A stretch of 60,729 nt of DNA from positions 1 to 60,729 of the forward strand of contig JAAZBL010000140.1 of NCBI GenBank assembly GCA_012513825.1, written 5' to 3'. The stretch is from Limnobacter sp. (lineage in GTDB: Bacteria; Pseudomonadota; Gammaproteobacteria; Burkholderiales; Burkholderiaceae_E). A program made the position numbers and the translations under genes. The notes beneath the pieces were generated by a model. It did no database searches, was not told where the DNA came from, and saw only the letters and a list, made by a program, of their open reading frames with translations. Below are positions 10,162-21,195 of this stretch, piece by piece; the first letter of the stretch is position 1; the number at the start of each line of letters is the position of its first letter.

Positions 10162-10217
10162 ATCGGCGCACCGGCGCACCGGCGCATCGGCGTATTGGCG
10201 AATCGGCGTATCGGCGA
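10162..10217. repeat. Tandem repeat, 7 x 8 bp (consensus ATCGGCGN)
   Basis: atcggcgc accggcgc accggcgc atcggcgt attggcga atcggcgt atcggcga, between mprF and the SDR gene. Confidence 0.85.
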
Positions 10218-10287
10218 CAATCGAGGGTTCCGACATCGCGGCCCCTCGCCGCCGTCTACGACCCACTCACCCTCGCAAGGACAGCAG

Positions 10288-11061
10288 ATGACGACTGACC
10301 TCTTCTCTCTTTCGGGCCGCGTCGCCCTCGTCACGGGCGGCTCGCGCGGCATCGGACGGATGATCGCCGAAGGCTTCCTGAAGCAGGGCGCCGCGAAGGT
10401 CTACATCTCGGCGCGCAAGGCCGAAGCCTGCAACCAGGCCGCCGCGGAAATGTCGAAGCTCGGCGAGTGCATCTCGATTCCAGCCGACGTCTCGACCGTC
10501 GACGGCGCGAAGGGGCTGGCGGCCGAGATCGCCAAACGCGAGCCGCAGCTCGACATCCTGGTGAACAACGCCGGAGCCGCCTGGGGTGCGCCCTTCGACG
10601 AGTTCCCCGAAAGCGGATGGGACAAGGTCGTCGACCTGAACCTGAAGGCGCCGTTCTTCCTGACGCAGGCGCTGGCGCCGCAACTGCGCGCCGCCGCGAA
10701 GACGCGGCCGGCCAAGGTCATCAACATCGCGTCGATCGACGGCATCTCGGTCAACCCGTGGGAGACCTACTCCTACGCGGGCAGCAAGGCCGGATTGATC
10801 CACCTGACGCGGCGGATGGCGCTGCGGCTGATCCAGGACAACATCGTCGTCTCGTCGATTGCGCCCGGTCCGTTCCGCTCGGAAATGAACCGCGACGCGC
10901 GCGACAACGCGGAACAGGTGGCCAGGCGGGTTCCGGCCGGACGCGTCGGCGAGGACGACGACATGGCCGGCGCGGCGATCTACCTGGCCTCGCGCGCCGG
11001 CGACTACGTCGTCGGCTCGACGCTGATCGTCGATGGCGGGGTGACCTGGGCGCGCGGCTGA
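10288..11061 (+). CDS. SDR family oxidoreductase (RhlG/FabG-like)
   Basis: TGGSRGIG Rossmann motif, LVNNAG, YAGSK catalytic YxxxK, IAPGPF; AAGGA RBS. Confidence 0.92.
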   Translation: MTTDLFSLSGRVALVTGGSRGIGRMIAEGFLKQGAAKVYISARKAEACNQAAAEMSKLGECISIPADVSTVDGAKGLAAEIAKREPQLDILVNNAGAAWGAPFDEFPESGWDKVVDLNLKAPFFLTQALAPQLRAAAKTRPAKVINIASIDGISVNPWETYSYAGSKAGLIHLTRRMALRLIQDNIVVSSIAPGPFRSEMNRDARDNAEQVARRVPAGRVGEDDDMAGAAIYLASRAGDYVVGSTLIVDGGVTWARG

Positions 11062-11126
11062 CCCGAAGGCGCCGCGCGGCGGTCGACGGCGATAGACTGG
11101 CTGCCCCCTCGAATGGAGTTCATCCG

Positions 11127-11936
11127 ATGCCCGTTGCCGCCCCGCGCGTCCTGATCGGCGCGCTCGCCGTCGCACTGCTGACGAGCGCCGCACCGTTGCG
11201 CGCCCAAACGACGTCGTCCCGGGCCTCGCCGGCCTCCGCCGCGCCGGCGATCCCGCATTCCGCTGCGCCGGCCCCCGCCGCGCCGACCGCGGCGACCCAG
11301 CCGAAGTTCCCGCAGTTGACGCTGACGGCCGGCGCCTGGCGCGAGGTGGCCCAGGACCGTGTCGCCGTCACGCTGTATGCGAGCCACGAAGCGCCCGAGC
11401 CCGGCCCCGCCCAGGCGAAGGTCAACGAACAGCTGAACCCGGTGCTGGCCCGGCTGAAGGAGCGCAAGGACCTCGAGGTCCAGAGCGCCGGCTATCGCAG
11501 CGACCCGGTCTGGCAGGACTCCCGGATCGTCGCGTGGCGCGCGCGCGGCGCGATCAGGCTGACTGCCGAACCCTCGGACCGCTTCAACGAGCTGATCGGA
11601 GAGCTGTCGACGACGCTGAACGTCGAATCGGTTGCGCCGTTCCTGAGCCGGGAGGCACGGCTCGAGGTCGAGCGATCGCTGATCGCCGAGGCGGTCGAGG
11701 CCTTCCGTACCAAGGCCGAGGCGGCCGCCCGGGCGCTCGGCTATCGGGAGTGGATCGTGCGCAGCGTCTCGGTCAACGACTCCGGCCACGAGCCCCCGCA
11801 ACCGATGCCGAAAATGATGATGGCGCGCGCCGAAGCGGCAGACGCGGCCGCTTCGATGCCGATCGCCGTCGGGCGCACGACGGTCAACGTGTCGGTCGGC
11901 GGCACCGTCGTGCTGTTGCAGCCGGCGCCGCGCTGA
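11127..11936 (+). CDS. SIMPL (DUF541) domain periplasmic protein
   Basis: Signal peptide, Ala/Pro linker, EVAQDRVAVTL...AVEAFRTKAEAAARALG...PMPKMMMAR...VSVGGTV pattern; GGAG RBS. Confidence 0.8.
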   Translation: MPVAAPRVLIGALAVALLTSAAPLRAQTTSSRASPASAAPAIPHSAAPAPAAPTAATQPKFPQLTLTAGAWREVAQDRVAVTLYASHEAPEPGPAQAKVNEQLNPVLARLKERKDLEVQSAGYRSDPVWQDSRIVAWRARGAIRLTAEPSDRFNELIGELSTTLNVESVAPFLSREARLEVERSLIAEAVEAFRTKAEAAARALGYREWIVRSVSVNDSGHEPPQPMPKMMMARAEAADAAASMPIAVGRTTVNVSVGGTVVLLQPAPR

Positions 11937-11955
11937 CCGGCCGGATGGAGCGCGA

Positions 11956-13494
<1,539 letters not shown>

Positions 13495-13611
13495 CGGCGG
13501 TCTCCGTCGTCGTTTCCGGTTCACGTGCGCCCTCACCTGGCCGGGCCGCGAGTTGCCGGTTCGGGCGCGACCACGATCTTAGGGCCTGCGACTGGACCTA
13601 GAATGCCGCGA

Positions 13612-15162
13612 ATGTCCGCCCTTCGCACCCCCCGCACGCCCGAACGCTGCGACCTGCTGGTCGTCGGTGGCGGCATCAACGGCGCCGGCATCGCTCGCGA
13701 CGCGGCCGGGCGCGGACTTTCGGTCGTGCTCTGCGAGAAGGACGACCTCGCCGCGCATACGTCGTCGGCGTCGACGAAACTGATCCATGGCGGGCTGCGC
13801 TACCTCGAACACTACGAATTCGGCCTGGTGCGCAAGGCGCTCCTCGAACGCGAAGTGCTTCTGCGCTCGGCACCGCACATCATGCAGCCGCTGCGCTTCG
13901 TGATGCCGCACGATCCGTCGATGCGGCCGGCCTGGCTGGTCCGGCTCGGCATCTGGCTCTACGACCACCTGGCCCGACGCGAGGTGCTCCCGGCCTCCGA
14001 GACGATCGCGCTGCAGGCCCACCCGGTCGGCGCACCGCTGAAGCCGGGTTTCACGAAGGCCTTCGCCTACTCCGACGGCTGGGTCGACGATGCGCGCCTC
14101 GTCGTCCTGGCCGCACGCGATGCCGCCGACCGCGGCGCGACGGTCCTCACGCGTACCGCCGTCGCAGCGGCGCGCCCGGACGACGGCGGCTGGGACGTCC
14201 AGCTGCAGCTCGACGGCGACGCGGGCGCGCCCACGACGATCCGCGCCCGCGCGCTGGTCAACGCCACCGGGCCGTGGGCAATGCAGTTCCTCGACCGGAT
14301 CCTTCCACAGCGTTCCGGCCGCCGCAGCCTGCGCCTGGTCAAGGGCAGCCATATCGTCGTGCCGCGCCTGTTCGAGCACGAAATGGCCTACATCTTCCAG
14401 AACGCCGACAAGCGGATCGTGTTCGCGATCCCGTACCAGCGCGAGTTCACGCTGATCGGGACGACCGACGTCGAGTATCGCGGCGACCCGGGTGCGGTGC
14501 AGGCCGACGCCGGCGAGGTCGACTATCTATGCACGTTGGCGAACCACTACTTCCGTCGGCAGATCTCGGCGGCCGACGTGTCGTGGACCTACTCCGGCGT
14601 GCGCCCGCTGCTCGACGACGAATCCGACGACCCGGCCGCGATCACGCGCGACTACCTGCTCGAATACGCGACGGCACCGGCGCCGCTGCTCAGCGTCTGG
14701 GGCGGCAAGATCACGACCTTTCGCAGGCTGGCCGAGGAAGCCGTCGACCGGTTGGCCGAGGCGCTGGGCAACCGGGCCGGCTCCTGGACGCGCGGCGCGC
14801 TGCTGCCCGGCGGCGACCTGTCGGCCACGATCGGCGCCGCGCAGCGACCCGAGCTCGACTTCGCCGCCTTCGTGCGCGCCAGCGCTGCCAGGCTGCCCTG
14901 GCTGCCGGCGCCGCTGCTCGAACGCTATGCGCGGCTCTACGGCTCGCGGCTCGACCGGGTGCTGATGGACGCGACGGGACTCGAACGACTCGGCGCCGAA
15001 GTCGCGCCGGGCGTCTACGAAGCCGAACTGCGCTACCTGCGCGACGAGGAATGGGCGCGCAGCGCGGCCGACGTCTGCTGGCGCCGCAGCAAGCTCGGGC
15101 TGCGGCTCGGCCCGGCCGACCTGCAACGGATCGACGACTGGTTCGCCGTCGTCGCCGGATAG
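13612..15162 (+). CDS. glpD: Aerobic FAD-dependent glycerol-3-phosphate dehydrogenase
   Basis: VVGGGINGAGIARDAAGRG, TSSASTKLIHGGLRYLE, KGSHIVVP, GVRPL, GGKITTFR; divergent from glpK. Confidence 0.96.
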   Translation: MSALRTPRTPERCDLLVVGGGINGAGIARDAAGRGLSVVLCEKDDLAAHTSSASTKLIHGGLRYLEHYEFGLVRKALLEREVLLRSAPHIMQPLRFVMPHDPSMRPAWLVRLGIWLYDHLARREVLPASETIALQAHPVGAPLKPGFTKAFAYSDGWVDDARLVVLAARDAADRGATVLTRTAVAAARPDDGGWDVQLQLDGDAGAPTTIRARALVNATGPWAMQFLDRILPQRSGRRSLRLVKGSHIVVPRLFEHEMAYIFQNADKRIVFAIPYQREFTLIGTTDVEYRGDPGAVQADAGEVDYLCTLANHYFRRQISAADVSWTYSGVRPLLDDESDDPAAITRDYLLEYATAPAPLLSVWGGKITTFRRLAEEAVDRLAEALGNRAGSWTRGALLPGGDLSATIGAAQRPELDFAAFVRASAARLPWLPAPLLERYARLYGSRLDRVLMDATGLERLGAEVAPGVYEAELRYLRDEEWARSAADVCWRRSKLGLRLGPADLQRIDDWFAVVAG

Positions 15163-15189
15163 ACGCCGACAACGAACCAGACGACCGGC

Positions 15190-17319
15190 TCAGGCGCCCA
15201 CCACGCCGCCGTCTTCCTTCCAGATCACGACGGTCGCCGGGCGTGGGCGGCTGGCGGAGGCGCCGTCGGGCCAGGTCGAGATCGCGGTCGGGTCCGCCTG
15301 CGAGTCGGCGACCGACGCCCCTTCGCCCGGGTGCTGGATGTTGACGAACAGGTACCGCTGGTCCGGTGTCCAGGTGATCCCGGTGACCTCGCAGCCCTTC
15401 GGACCGACGAGGAAGCGGCGGATCTCCTTCGTCTCCGGATCGGCGGCCAGCATCTGGTTGTTGCCCTGGTTCGCGTACTGGCCCGAGTTCGAGAAGTTGC
15501 CGTCGGTCTGGATCCAGAGCCGCCCGTCCCTGTCGAAGCCGAGGCCGTCCGGGCTGTTGAAGGTGTTCTCCGCGGTCACGTTGTCCGAGCCGGCACGCAG
15601 GTCGCCCGCCGGATGGACCGTCGGATTGCCTGCCAGCACGAAGATGTCCCACTCGAAGGCAAGCCGTGCCGGATCGCCGTCGGCTTCGCGCCACCGCAGG
15701 ATCTGGCCGTACAGGTTGCCCTCGCGCGGGTTCGCAGCGTCGGCGCCCGGGTGCAGCGGGCCGCCCGGGTAGCGCTCGCGTCCGCTGCCGCGCGATCCGT
15801 TGTTCGTCATCGTCACGTAGACGTCGCGCGTCGTCGGGTGCACGGCGACCCACTCCGGGCGGTCCATCGGCGTGGCGCCGACGGCGTCGGCCGCCTGCCG
15901 GGTCTTGATCAGCAGTTCACCCATGTCGTGGTTGAACAGGTCGCCGAGCGTGCCGCCGCCCAGCGCCGGCGTATCGAGTGTCAGTGGCACCCATTCGCCG
16001 GTCCCCATCATGGCCCCCGAGGCGCCACCGTCGTGGAAGCGCGCAACGTAAAGCGTGCCGCGATCGAGCAGCAGCCGGTTCAGCGCCGGCGTGTCCGGGT
16101 CGTACCTGCCGTCGGAGACGAACTTGTAGACGTACTCGCTGACCTGGTCGTCGCCCATGTAGACGACGACGCGCTTGTCGTCGGCCAGCGCGATCGCCGC
16201 GTTCTCGTGCTTGAAGCGTCCCAGCGCGGTCAGCTTTTTCGGCGTCGAGTTCGGATCGAACGGATCGATCTCGACGATCCAGCCGAACCGGTTGTACTCG
16301 TGCGGCTCGACCGACCAGTCGAAGCGACGGTCGTGCGTGTCCCACTTGTACGAACTGCTCGAGGTCTTGCTCGCCCCCTTGTAGCGCTCCATGTGCGCAC
16401 GGTATTCGCGATCCGGATAGTCGACGTTCTCCGCGTCCTGCGTGCCGACCCCGAAATAGTCGGTGAAGTTCTCTTCACAGGTCAGGTAGGTGTTCCACAG
16501 CGTGTAACCGTTGCCGCAGTTGCCGAAGGTGCCGTAGACGGCGCGGCCCGTCGGATCGGCGTTCGTGCGCGCGAGCCGGTGGCCGGCGGCCGGGCCGACG
16601 AGCTGCATCAGCGTGTTGCCGTTGATGCTGCGATTGAACGGCGAGTCGAGCACCGGCTCCCATGCGCCGCTCGCCGCGTCCAGCCGGATGTGGATCACCG
16701 AGACGCCCTGTGCGTGCTGCGACTTGCGCACCCAGTCCTCGTTCCATCGGGCCGGGAAGTCGGCCGGATTCGCCGACGGCGCGACGCCGTCCGGGAAGAA
16801 GTAGTGCGGCGTGATGTATTCGTGATTCGTGACCATCAAGCCTTCGATGCTGCTGCCGTTCAGGCTGTCGGTCGCGTCTATGGGAAAGAAGTGGAAACCG
16901 TCGTGGTTGTAGCCGATCTGCAGCGCCTGGGCGGCGCCGCCGTCGCTCGCATCCCCCTTCATCGCCGGCGCGTTCAAGAACAGCGGGTCGCCCCAACGGT
17001 TGATGACGGCCGAGCGGTAGCCCGGCGGCACGACGATCGTGTCGGCCGTGCTGATCGGCACGGCCTCGAAACCGAGCTTCGGCGCCTGGGCTGGCGGCTC
17101 GACGCCGCCAGCCCCGGTGCCGGGGTCTCGTTCGACGATCGGGCCGTCGTCGCTGTCGCTGCCGCAGGCGGCCAGCGTCGTGCCGAAGAATCCGACCGCG
17201 CCGGCGCCCAGGCCGCGCTTGAGGAAACCGCGGCGGGAGACGGCGCGATCGACGATGGTGTTGAAATGGGGAACGCTGCTCGGGTTCGACGCGATGTCGT
17301 CGAGATCGATGGTGCTCAT
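15190..17319 (-). CDS. phoX: PhoX-family alkaline phosphatase, predicted Tat-exported lipoprotein
   Basis: SRRGFLK twin-arginine motif followed by LAAC lipobox; NHDG, NHEY, TYLTCEENF, GRFKHE, MDRPEW, SPDGL, CEVTG, NIQHPGE motifs. Confidence 0.93.
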   Translation of the reverse strand: MSTIDLDDIASNPSSVPHFNTIVDRAVSRRGFLKRGLGAGAVGFFGTTLAACGSDSDDGPIVERDPGTGAGGVEPPAQAPKLGFEAVPISTADTIVVPPGYRSAVINRWGDPLFLNAPAMKGDASDGGAAQALQIGYNHDGFHFFPIDATDSLNGSSIEGLMVTNHEYITPHYFFPDGVAPSANPADFPARWNEDWVRKSQHAQGVSVIHIRLDAASGAWEPVLDSPFNRSINGNTLMQLVGPAAGHRLARTNADPTGRAVYGTFGNCGNGYTLWNTYLTCEENFTDYFGVGTQDAENVDYPDREYRAHMERYKGASKTSSSSYKWDTHDRRFDWSVEPHEYNRFGWIVEIDPFDPNSTPKKLTALGRFKHENAAIALADDKRVVVYMGDDQVSEYVYKFVSDGRYDPDTPALNRLLLDRGTLYVARFHDGGASGAMMGTGEWVPLTLDTPALGGGTLGDLFNHDMGELLIKTRQAADAVGATPMDRPEWVAVHPTTRDVYVTMTNNGSRGSGRERYPGGPLHPGADAANPREGNLYGQILRWREADGDPARLAFEWDIFVLAGNPTVHPAGDLRAGSDNVTAENTFNSPDGLGFDRDGRLWIQTDGNFSNSGQYANQGNNQMLAADPETKEIRRFLVGPKGCEVTGITWTPDQRYLFVNIQHPGEGASVADSQADPTAISTWPDGASASRPRPATVVIWKEDGGVVGA

Positions 17320-17365
17320 CCTGGCTCCGATGGTTCGGTTGGCTTCGTGACTGCTCGTCGACCGC

Positions 17366-17421
17366 AGTATCGGAAGCCGCCGTTACCGTCCGGCGACAAC
17401 GCCGTGACGGTTCGAAGACAG
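17366..17421 (-). promoter_or_regulatory. Putative PhoB-dependent promoter of phoX (four Pho-box half-sites plus -10)
   Basis: Minus strand reads CTGTCTT-CGAA-CCGTCAC-GGCG-TTGTCGC-CGGA-CGGTAAC (11-bp period, consensus CTGTCAT), then 10 bp, then GATACT. Confidence 0.7.
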
Positions 17422-17437
17422 CGAGCGCCGGCGCCGG

Positions 17438-19522
17438 CTAGACCCTGACGAGCTTCGCGCCGGCCAGGCGCTCGAGCAGCTCGGCCTGCGACTGGTGGCG
17501 CTTCGTGTCCTTGCGCAGCTTGCGTTTCGCATAGCCGCCGTCGGCGTCCATCAGCCAGGCGTTGACGTTGTCGCGCAGGTGGACCTCGATCGCTTCCTCG
17601 ATCACGCGCTCCTTGAGCTTGCGATCGCGCACCGGGAACGCCACCTCGACGCGGCGGAACAGGTTGCGGTCCATCCAGTCGGCCGACGACAGCCAGACGT
17701 CCTTCTTGCCGCCGTTCAGGAAGAAGAACACGCGGCTGTGCTCGAGGAAGCGGCCGACGATCGATCGGACCCGGACGTTCTCCGACAGCCCCGGCACGCC
17801 GGGGCGCAGCGCGCAGACGCCGCGCACGATCAGGTCGATGCGCACGCCGGCCCCGCTGGCCTCGTAGAGCGCCTCGATCACCGTGGGCTCGAGCAGCGCG
17901 TTGACCTTGACCGCGATCCGGGCCTTGCGCCCGGCCCGCGCGTTGGCGGCCTCGCGCCGGATCGAAGTCAGCAGCATCTCGTGCAGCGTGAACGGCGACT
18001 GGACGAGCTGGCGCAGCGCGCCACGCTGGCCGAGACCGGTCAGCCGGCGAAAGACCTCGTGCACGTCGGCGCAGATGTCGTCGTGCGAGGTGAACAGCCC
18101 GAAGTCTTCGTAGAGCCGCGCCGTGCGGGGATGGTAGTTGCCGGTGCCCAGGTGCACGTAGCGCCGCAGCTTCGTCGAGCCATCCCTGGCCTGTTCGCGC
18201 CGCAACACCATCGCCATCTTCGCGTGGGTCTTGTGGCCGACGACGCCGTAGATCACGTGCGCACCGGCGTGCTCGAGCTTCTCGGCCCAGTCGATGTTCG
18301 TCTCTTCGTCGAAGCGCGCCATCAGTTCGACGACGACGGTGACTTCCTTGCCCGCTTCCGCGGCGTCGATCAGCGCACGCATCAGCGCCGAATCGCTGCC
18401 GGTGCGATAGACGGTCTGCTTGATCGCGACGACCTGCGGATCGCGTGCCGCACTGACCAGGAACTCCATCACCGGCGCGAACGACTCGTACGGATGGTGC
18501 ACGAGGATGTCGCCCTTGCGGATCGCCGCGAACAGGTCCTTGTCGCGCAGCACTGCCGGCACCGCCGGTTCGAAGGGCGGGAACTTCAGCAACGGTGCGT
18601 CGACCAGCTCGATGATCTGCTGCAGGCGCACGAGGTTCACCGGCCCGGGCACGCGGTAGCAGTCTTCGGCGTCGAGCTCGAATTCGCGCAGCAGCAGCGC
18701 GACCAGGTTGTCGGGCGTGCCGGCGGACACCTCGAGCCGGACCTCGTCGCCGTAGTGCCGCTGCGTGAGTTCGTCCTGCAAGGCCTCGAGCAGGTCGGTC
18801 ATGTCTTCGTCGTCGACGAACAGGTCGCTGTTGCGCGTGACACGGAACTGGTGCGCCGACCGCACGGTCATGCCCGGGAACAGCCGTTCGATGAAACCCT
18901 GCATCACCGACGACAGCAGCATCATCCCGTGCGGCACGCCGGCGACGTCCGTCGGCACGCGCAGCACGCGCGGCAGCACCCGCGGCGCCTGCACCACGGC
19001 GACGCCGGCGCGGCGCCCGAAGGCGTCGACGCCGTGCAGTTCGACGACGAAGTTCAGGCTCTTGTTCTGGATGCGCGGAAACGGGTGCGCAGGGTCGAGC
19101 GCGATCGGCGTGAGCAGCGGCTCGACCTCGGTTTCGAAGAAGCGCTCGGCCCAGGCCCGCTGCGCTTCGGTCCAGGTCGCGGTCTTCAGGTTGACGATGC
19201 CTTCGGCGGCGAGCGCCGGCATGACCGTGTCGTTGAGCAGCGCGTACTGGCGATCGACGAGCCGGCGCGCACGCGCGGCGACCTGCTCGAAGATCGCGCG
19301 CGCGTCGGCAGCGTCGCGCCCGAGCATCTCGCGCCTGTGCAGTTCGGCGACGCGGATCTCGAAGAACTCGTCGAGATTGTTGCTGACGATCGTGATGAAG
19401 CGCAGCCGCTCGAGCAGCGGGATCGTCGGGTCTTCGGCCTGTGCCAGCACCCGCTCGTTGAACGCCAGGATGCCGAGTTCGCGATTGAGCAGCCGGGGTT
19501 CGATGGTGGCAGAAGCGTCCAT
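17438..19522 (-). CDS. ppk1: Polyphosphate kinase 1
   Basis: NRELGILAFNERVL, NNLDEFFEIRVA, HPFPRI, HHPYESF, IKQTVYRT, ARFDEE, KTHAK, HLGTGNY, GRFLEHSR, SADWMDRNL; alternative start at 19558. Confidence 0.97.
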   Translation of the reverse strand: MDASATIEPRLLNRELGILAFNERVLAQAEDPTIPLLERLRFITIVSNNLDEFFEIRVAELHRREMLGRDAADARAIFEQVAARARRLVDRQYALLNDTVMPALAAEGIVNLKTATWTEAQRAWAERFFETEVEPLLTPIALDPAHPFPRIQNKSLNFVVELHGVDAFGRRAGVAVVQAPRVLPRVLRVPTDVAGVPHGMMLLSSVMQGFIERLFPGMTVRSAHQFRVTRNSDLFVDDEDMTDLLEALQDELTQRHYGDEVRLEVSAGTPDNLVALLLREFELDAEDCYRVPGPVNLVRLQQIIELVDAPLLKFPPFEPAVPAVLRDKDLFAAIRKGDILVHHPYESFAPVMEFLVSAARDPQVVAIKQTVYRTGSDSALMRALIDAAEAGKEVTVVVELMARFDEETNIDWAEKLEHAGAHVIYGVVGHKTHAKMAMVLRREQARDGSTKLRRYVHLGTGNYHPRTARLYEDFGLFTSHDDICADVHEVFRRLTGLGQRGALRQLVQSPFTLHEMLLTSIRREAANARAGRKARIAVKVNALLEPTVIEALYEASGAGVRIDLIVRGVCALRPGVPGLSENVRVRSIVGRFLEHSRVFFFLNGGKKDVWLSSADWMDRNLFRRVEVAFPVRDRKLKERVIEEAIEVHLRDNVNAWLMDADGGYAKRKLRKDTKRHQSQAELLERLAGAKLVRV

Positions 19523-19529
19523 CGCGCGC

Positions 19530-19563
19530 AGTCTGGGGCGCTTGCGTGACTGTTTCATTACGG
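19530..19563 (-). promoter_or_regulatory. Putative Pho box and -10 upstream of ppk1
   Basis: Minus strand reads CCGTAAT-GAAA-CAGTCAC, 10 bp, CAGACT, 7 nt, ATG(19522). Confidence 0.55.
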
Positions 19564-19630
19564 GGCGTCGGTCGCCGTCGGCGTCGATTTGACATACTTG
19601 GCGCTTCTTCCAGCATGCCACAACGACTCG

Positions 19631-21145
19631 ATGAACGAAGCGACGCTGACCGGACCGAAACTGCTGGCGGCTGTCGACCTCGGGTCGAACAGCTTCCGGC
19701 TGATGATCGGCCGCGTCCTGGTCGATGGCGCGGGCACGCGCATCGAACCGATCGACAGCCTGAAGCGGTCGGTGCGCCTGGCCGCCGGGCTCGACGACAA
19801 GAACTGGCTCGACGCCGCCTCGCAGGCCCGGGCCATCGAGGCGCTGGCCCGGTTCGGCGAACGGCTGCGATCGTTCGCGCCCGAAGCGGTGCGCGCGGTC
19901 GGCACGAACACGCTGCGTGTCGCGCGCAACGCCGAAAGCTTCCTCGCGACGGCCGAATCGGCGCTCGGTTTCCCGATCGAGGTGATCTCGGGGCACGAGG
20001 AAGCCCGGCTCATCTACCTCGGTGCGGCCCACGCACTACCGGCCGACGGGCGTTCGCGACTGGTCGTGGACATCGGCGGCGGATCGACCGAATGCATCGT
20101 CGGCGTCGACCGCGAAACGAGCGCCCTCGATTCGGCCGGCACCGGCTGCGTGGTGCTGTCGCAGCGCTACTTTCCCGACGGCAGCATCACGCGCAGCGCA
20201 TTCGAGCACGCGCTTTCGAGTGCCCGCGCGGCCTTCGAGGCGCTGGCGCACCCGGTGTCCGACCTGGCCTTCGACTATGCGGTCGGCACTTCGGGCACCG
20301 CGAAGTCGCTGGTGCAGATCGCCCGCCAGCAGTTCGGCGCGGCCAGGCTCGACCGGCAGGTCCTCGAAAGAACGCTGGCGGCGCTGCTCGAGGCCGGCCA
20401 CGCCGACCGGTTCGAGCTCGCCGGGCTCAAGCCCGAGCGCCGTCCGGTCCTGGCCGGCGGGCTCGCCGTGATGACCGCGGCCTTCGACGAATTCGGGGTC
20501 CGGGAGCTCGATTACTGCGACGGCGCGCTGCGCCACGGCGTGCTGTACGACCTCGTCGGACGCGACACGGCGGTCGACCCGCGCCGGGTTTCGGTCAAAC
20601 GGATGATCGATCGGCTCGGCATCGACCTGCAGCATGCGCGACGCGTGCGCGACACCGCGCTGGCCCTGTTCGACCAGGGCGCGCGCGCGGCGCGCGAACA
20701 GCTCGGCGCACGCCGCCAGCTGCTCGAATGGGCGGCGCTACTGGCCGAATGCGGAACCAGCATCTCGCACGAGAGCTTCCACAAGCATTCGGCCTACATC
20801 CTGACCTGGGCCGACATGCCGGGTTTCTCGAAGACCGAGCAGGAGGCGCTGGCCCTGCTGGCACTCGCGCAGACCGGCGGCCTGCGCAAGCTGCGCGGTC
20901 GCATCGACGACGATCTCGGCTGGCTGGCGGTCGTCGCGCTGCGGGTCGCCCGGCTGCTGCACCGCACGCGCGACAACGACGAAACGCCGATGCCCGCGCT
21001 GTTCCTGAAGCGACGCGCGCTGCGGCTCGAAATGCCGCACGCTTGGGCCTACCGAAATCCGCTGCTGCACGCGAGCCTCGTCGACGAGGCTGCCTTGTGG
21101 AACGACGTCGGCGTGTTCGAGCAGTTCGTCTACAAGACGATCTGA
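19631..21145 (+). CDS. ppx: Exopolyphosphatase Ppx/GppA
   Basis: AAVDLGSNSFRL, ISGHEEARLIY, DIGGGSTE, GTSGT, C-terminal HD-like region (HKHSAYIL); divergent from ppk1. Confidence 0.94.
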   Translation: MNEATLTGPKLLAAVDLGSNSFRLMIGRVLVDGAGTRIEPIDSLKRSVRLAAGLDDKNWLDAASQARAIEALARFGERLRSFAPEAVRAVGTNTLRVARNAESFLATAESALGFPIEVISGHEEARLIYLGAAHALPADGRSRLVVDIGGGSTECIVGVDRETSALDSAGTGCVVLSQRYFPDGSITRSAFEHALSSARAAFEALAHPVSDLAFDYAVGTSGTAKSLVQIARQQFGAARLDRQVLERTLAALLEAGHADRFELAGLKPERRPVLAGGLAVMTAAFDEFGVRELDYCDGALRHGVLYDLVGRDTAVDPRRVSVKRMIDRLGIDLQHARRVRDTALALFDQGARAAREQLGARRQLLEWAALLAECGTSISHESFHKHSAYILTWADMPGFSKTEQEALALLALAQTGGLRKLRGRIDDDLGWLAVVALRVARLLHRTRDNDETPMPALFLKRRALRLEMPHAWAYRNPLLHASLVDEAALWNDVGVFEQFVYKTI

Positions 21146-21195
21146 TCGGCCATTCGCGTATCGGCGCGAGAAGCGCCGCCGGAAGGCCTCGCCCG

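Noticed and set aside
6873-10352. 1159-aa minus-strand ORF and other long antisense or alternate-frame ORFs (e.g. 2419..5310, 15331..17448, 17495..19549, 24664..27123, 49985..52735)
   Set aside because: Shadow ORFs caused by high GC and codon bias opposite or overlapping well-supported genes; Arg/Ala/Pro-rich with no motifs. Only the last 162 codons of 6873..10352 look like a real gene.
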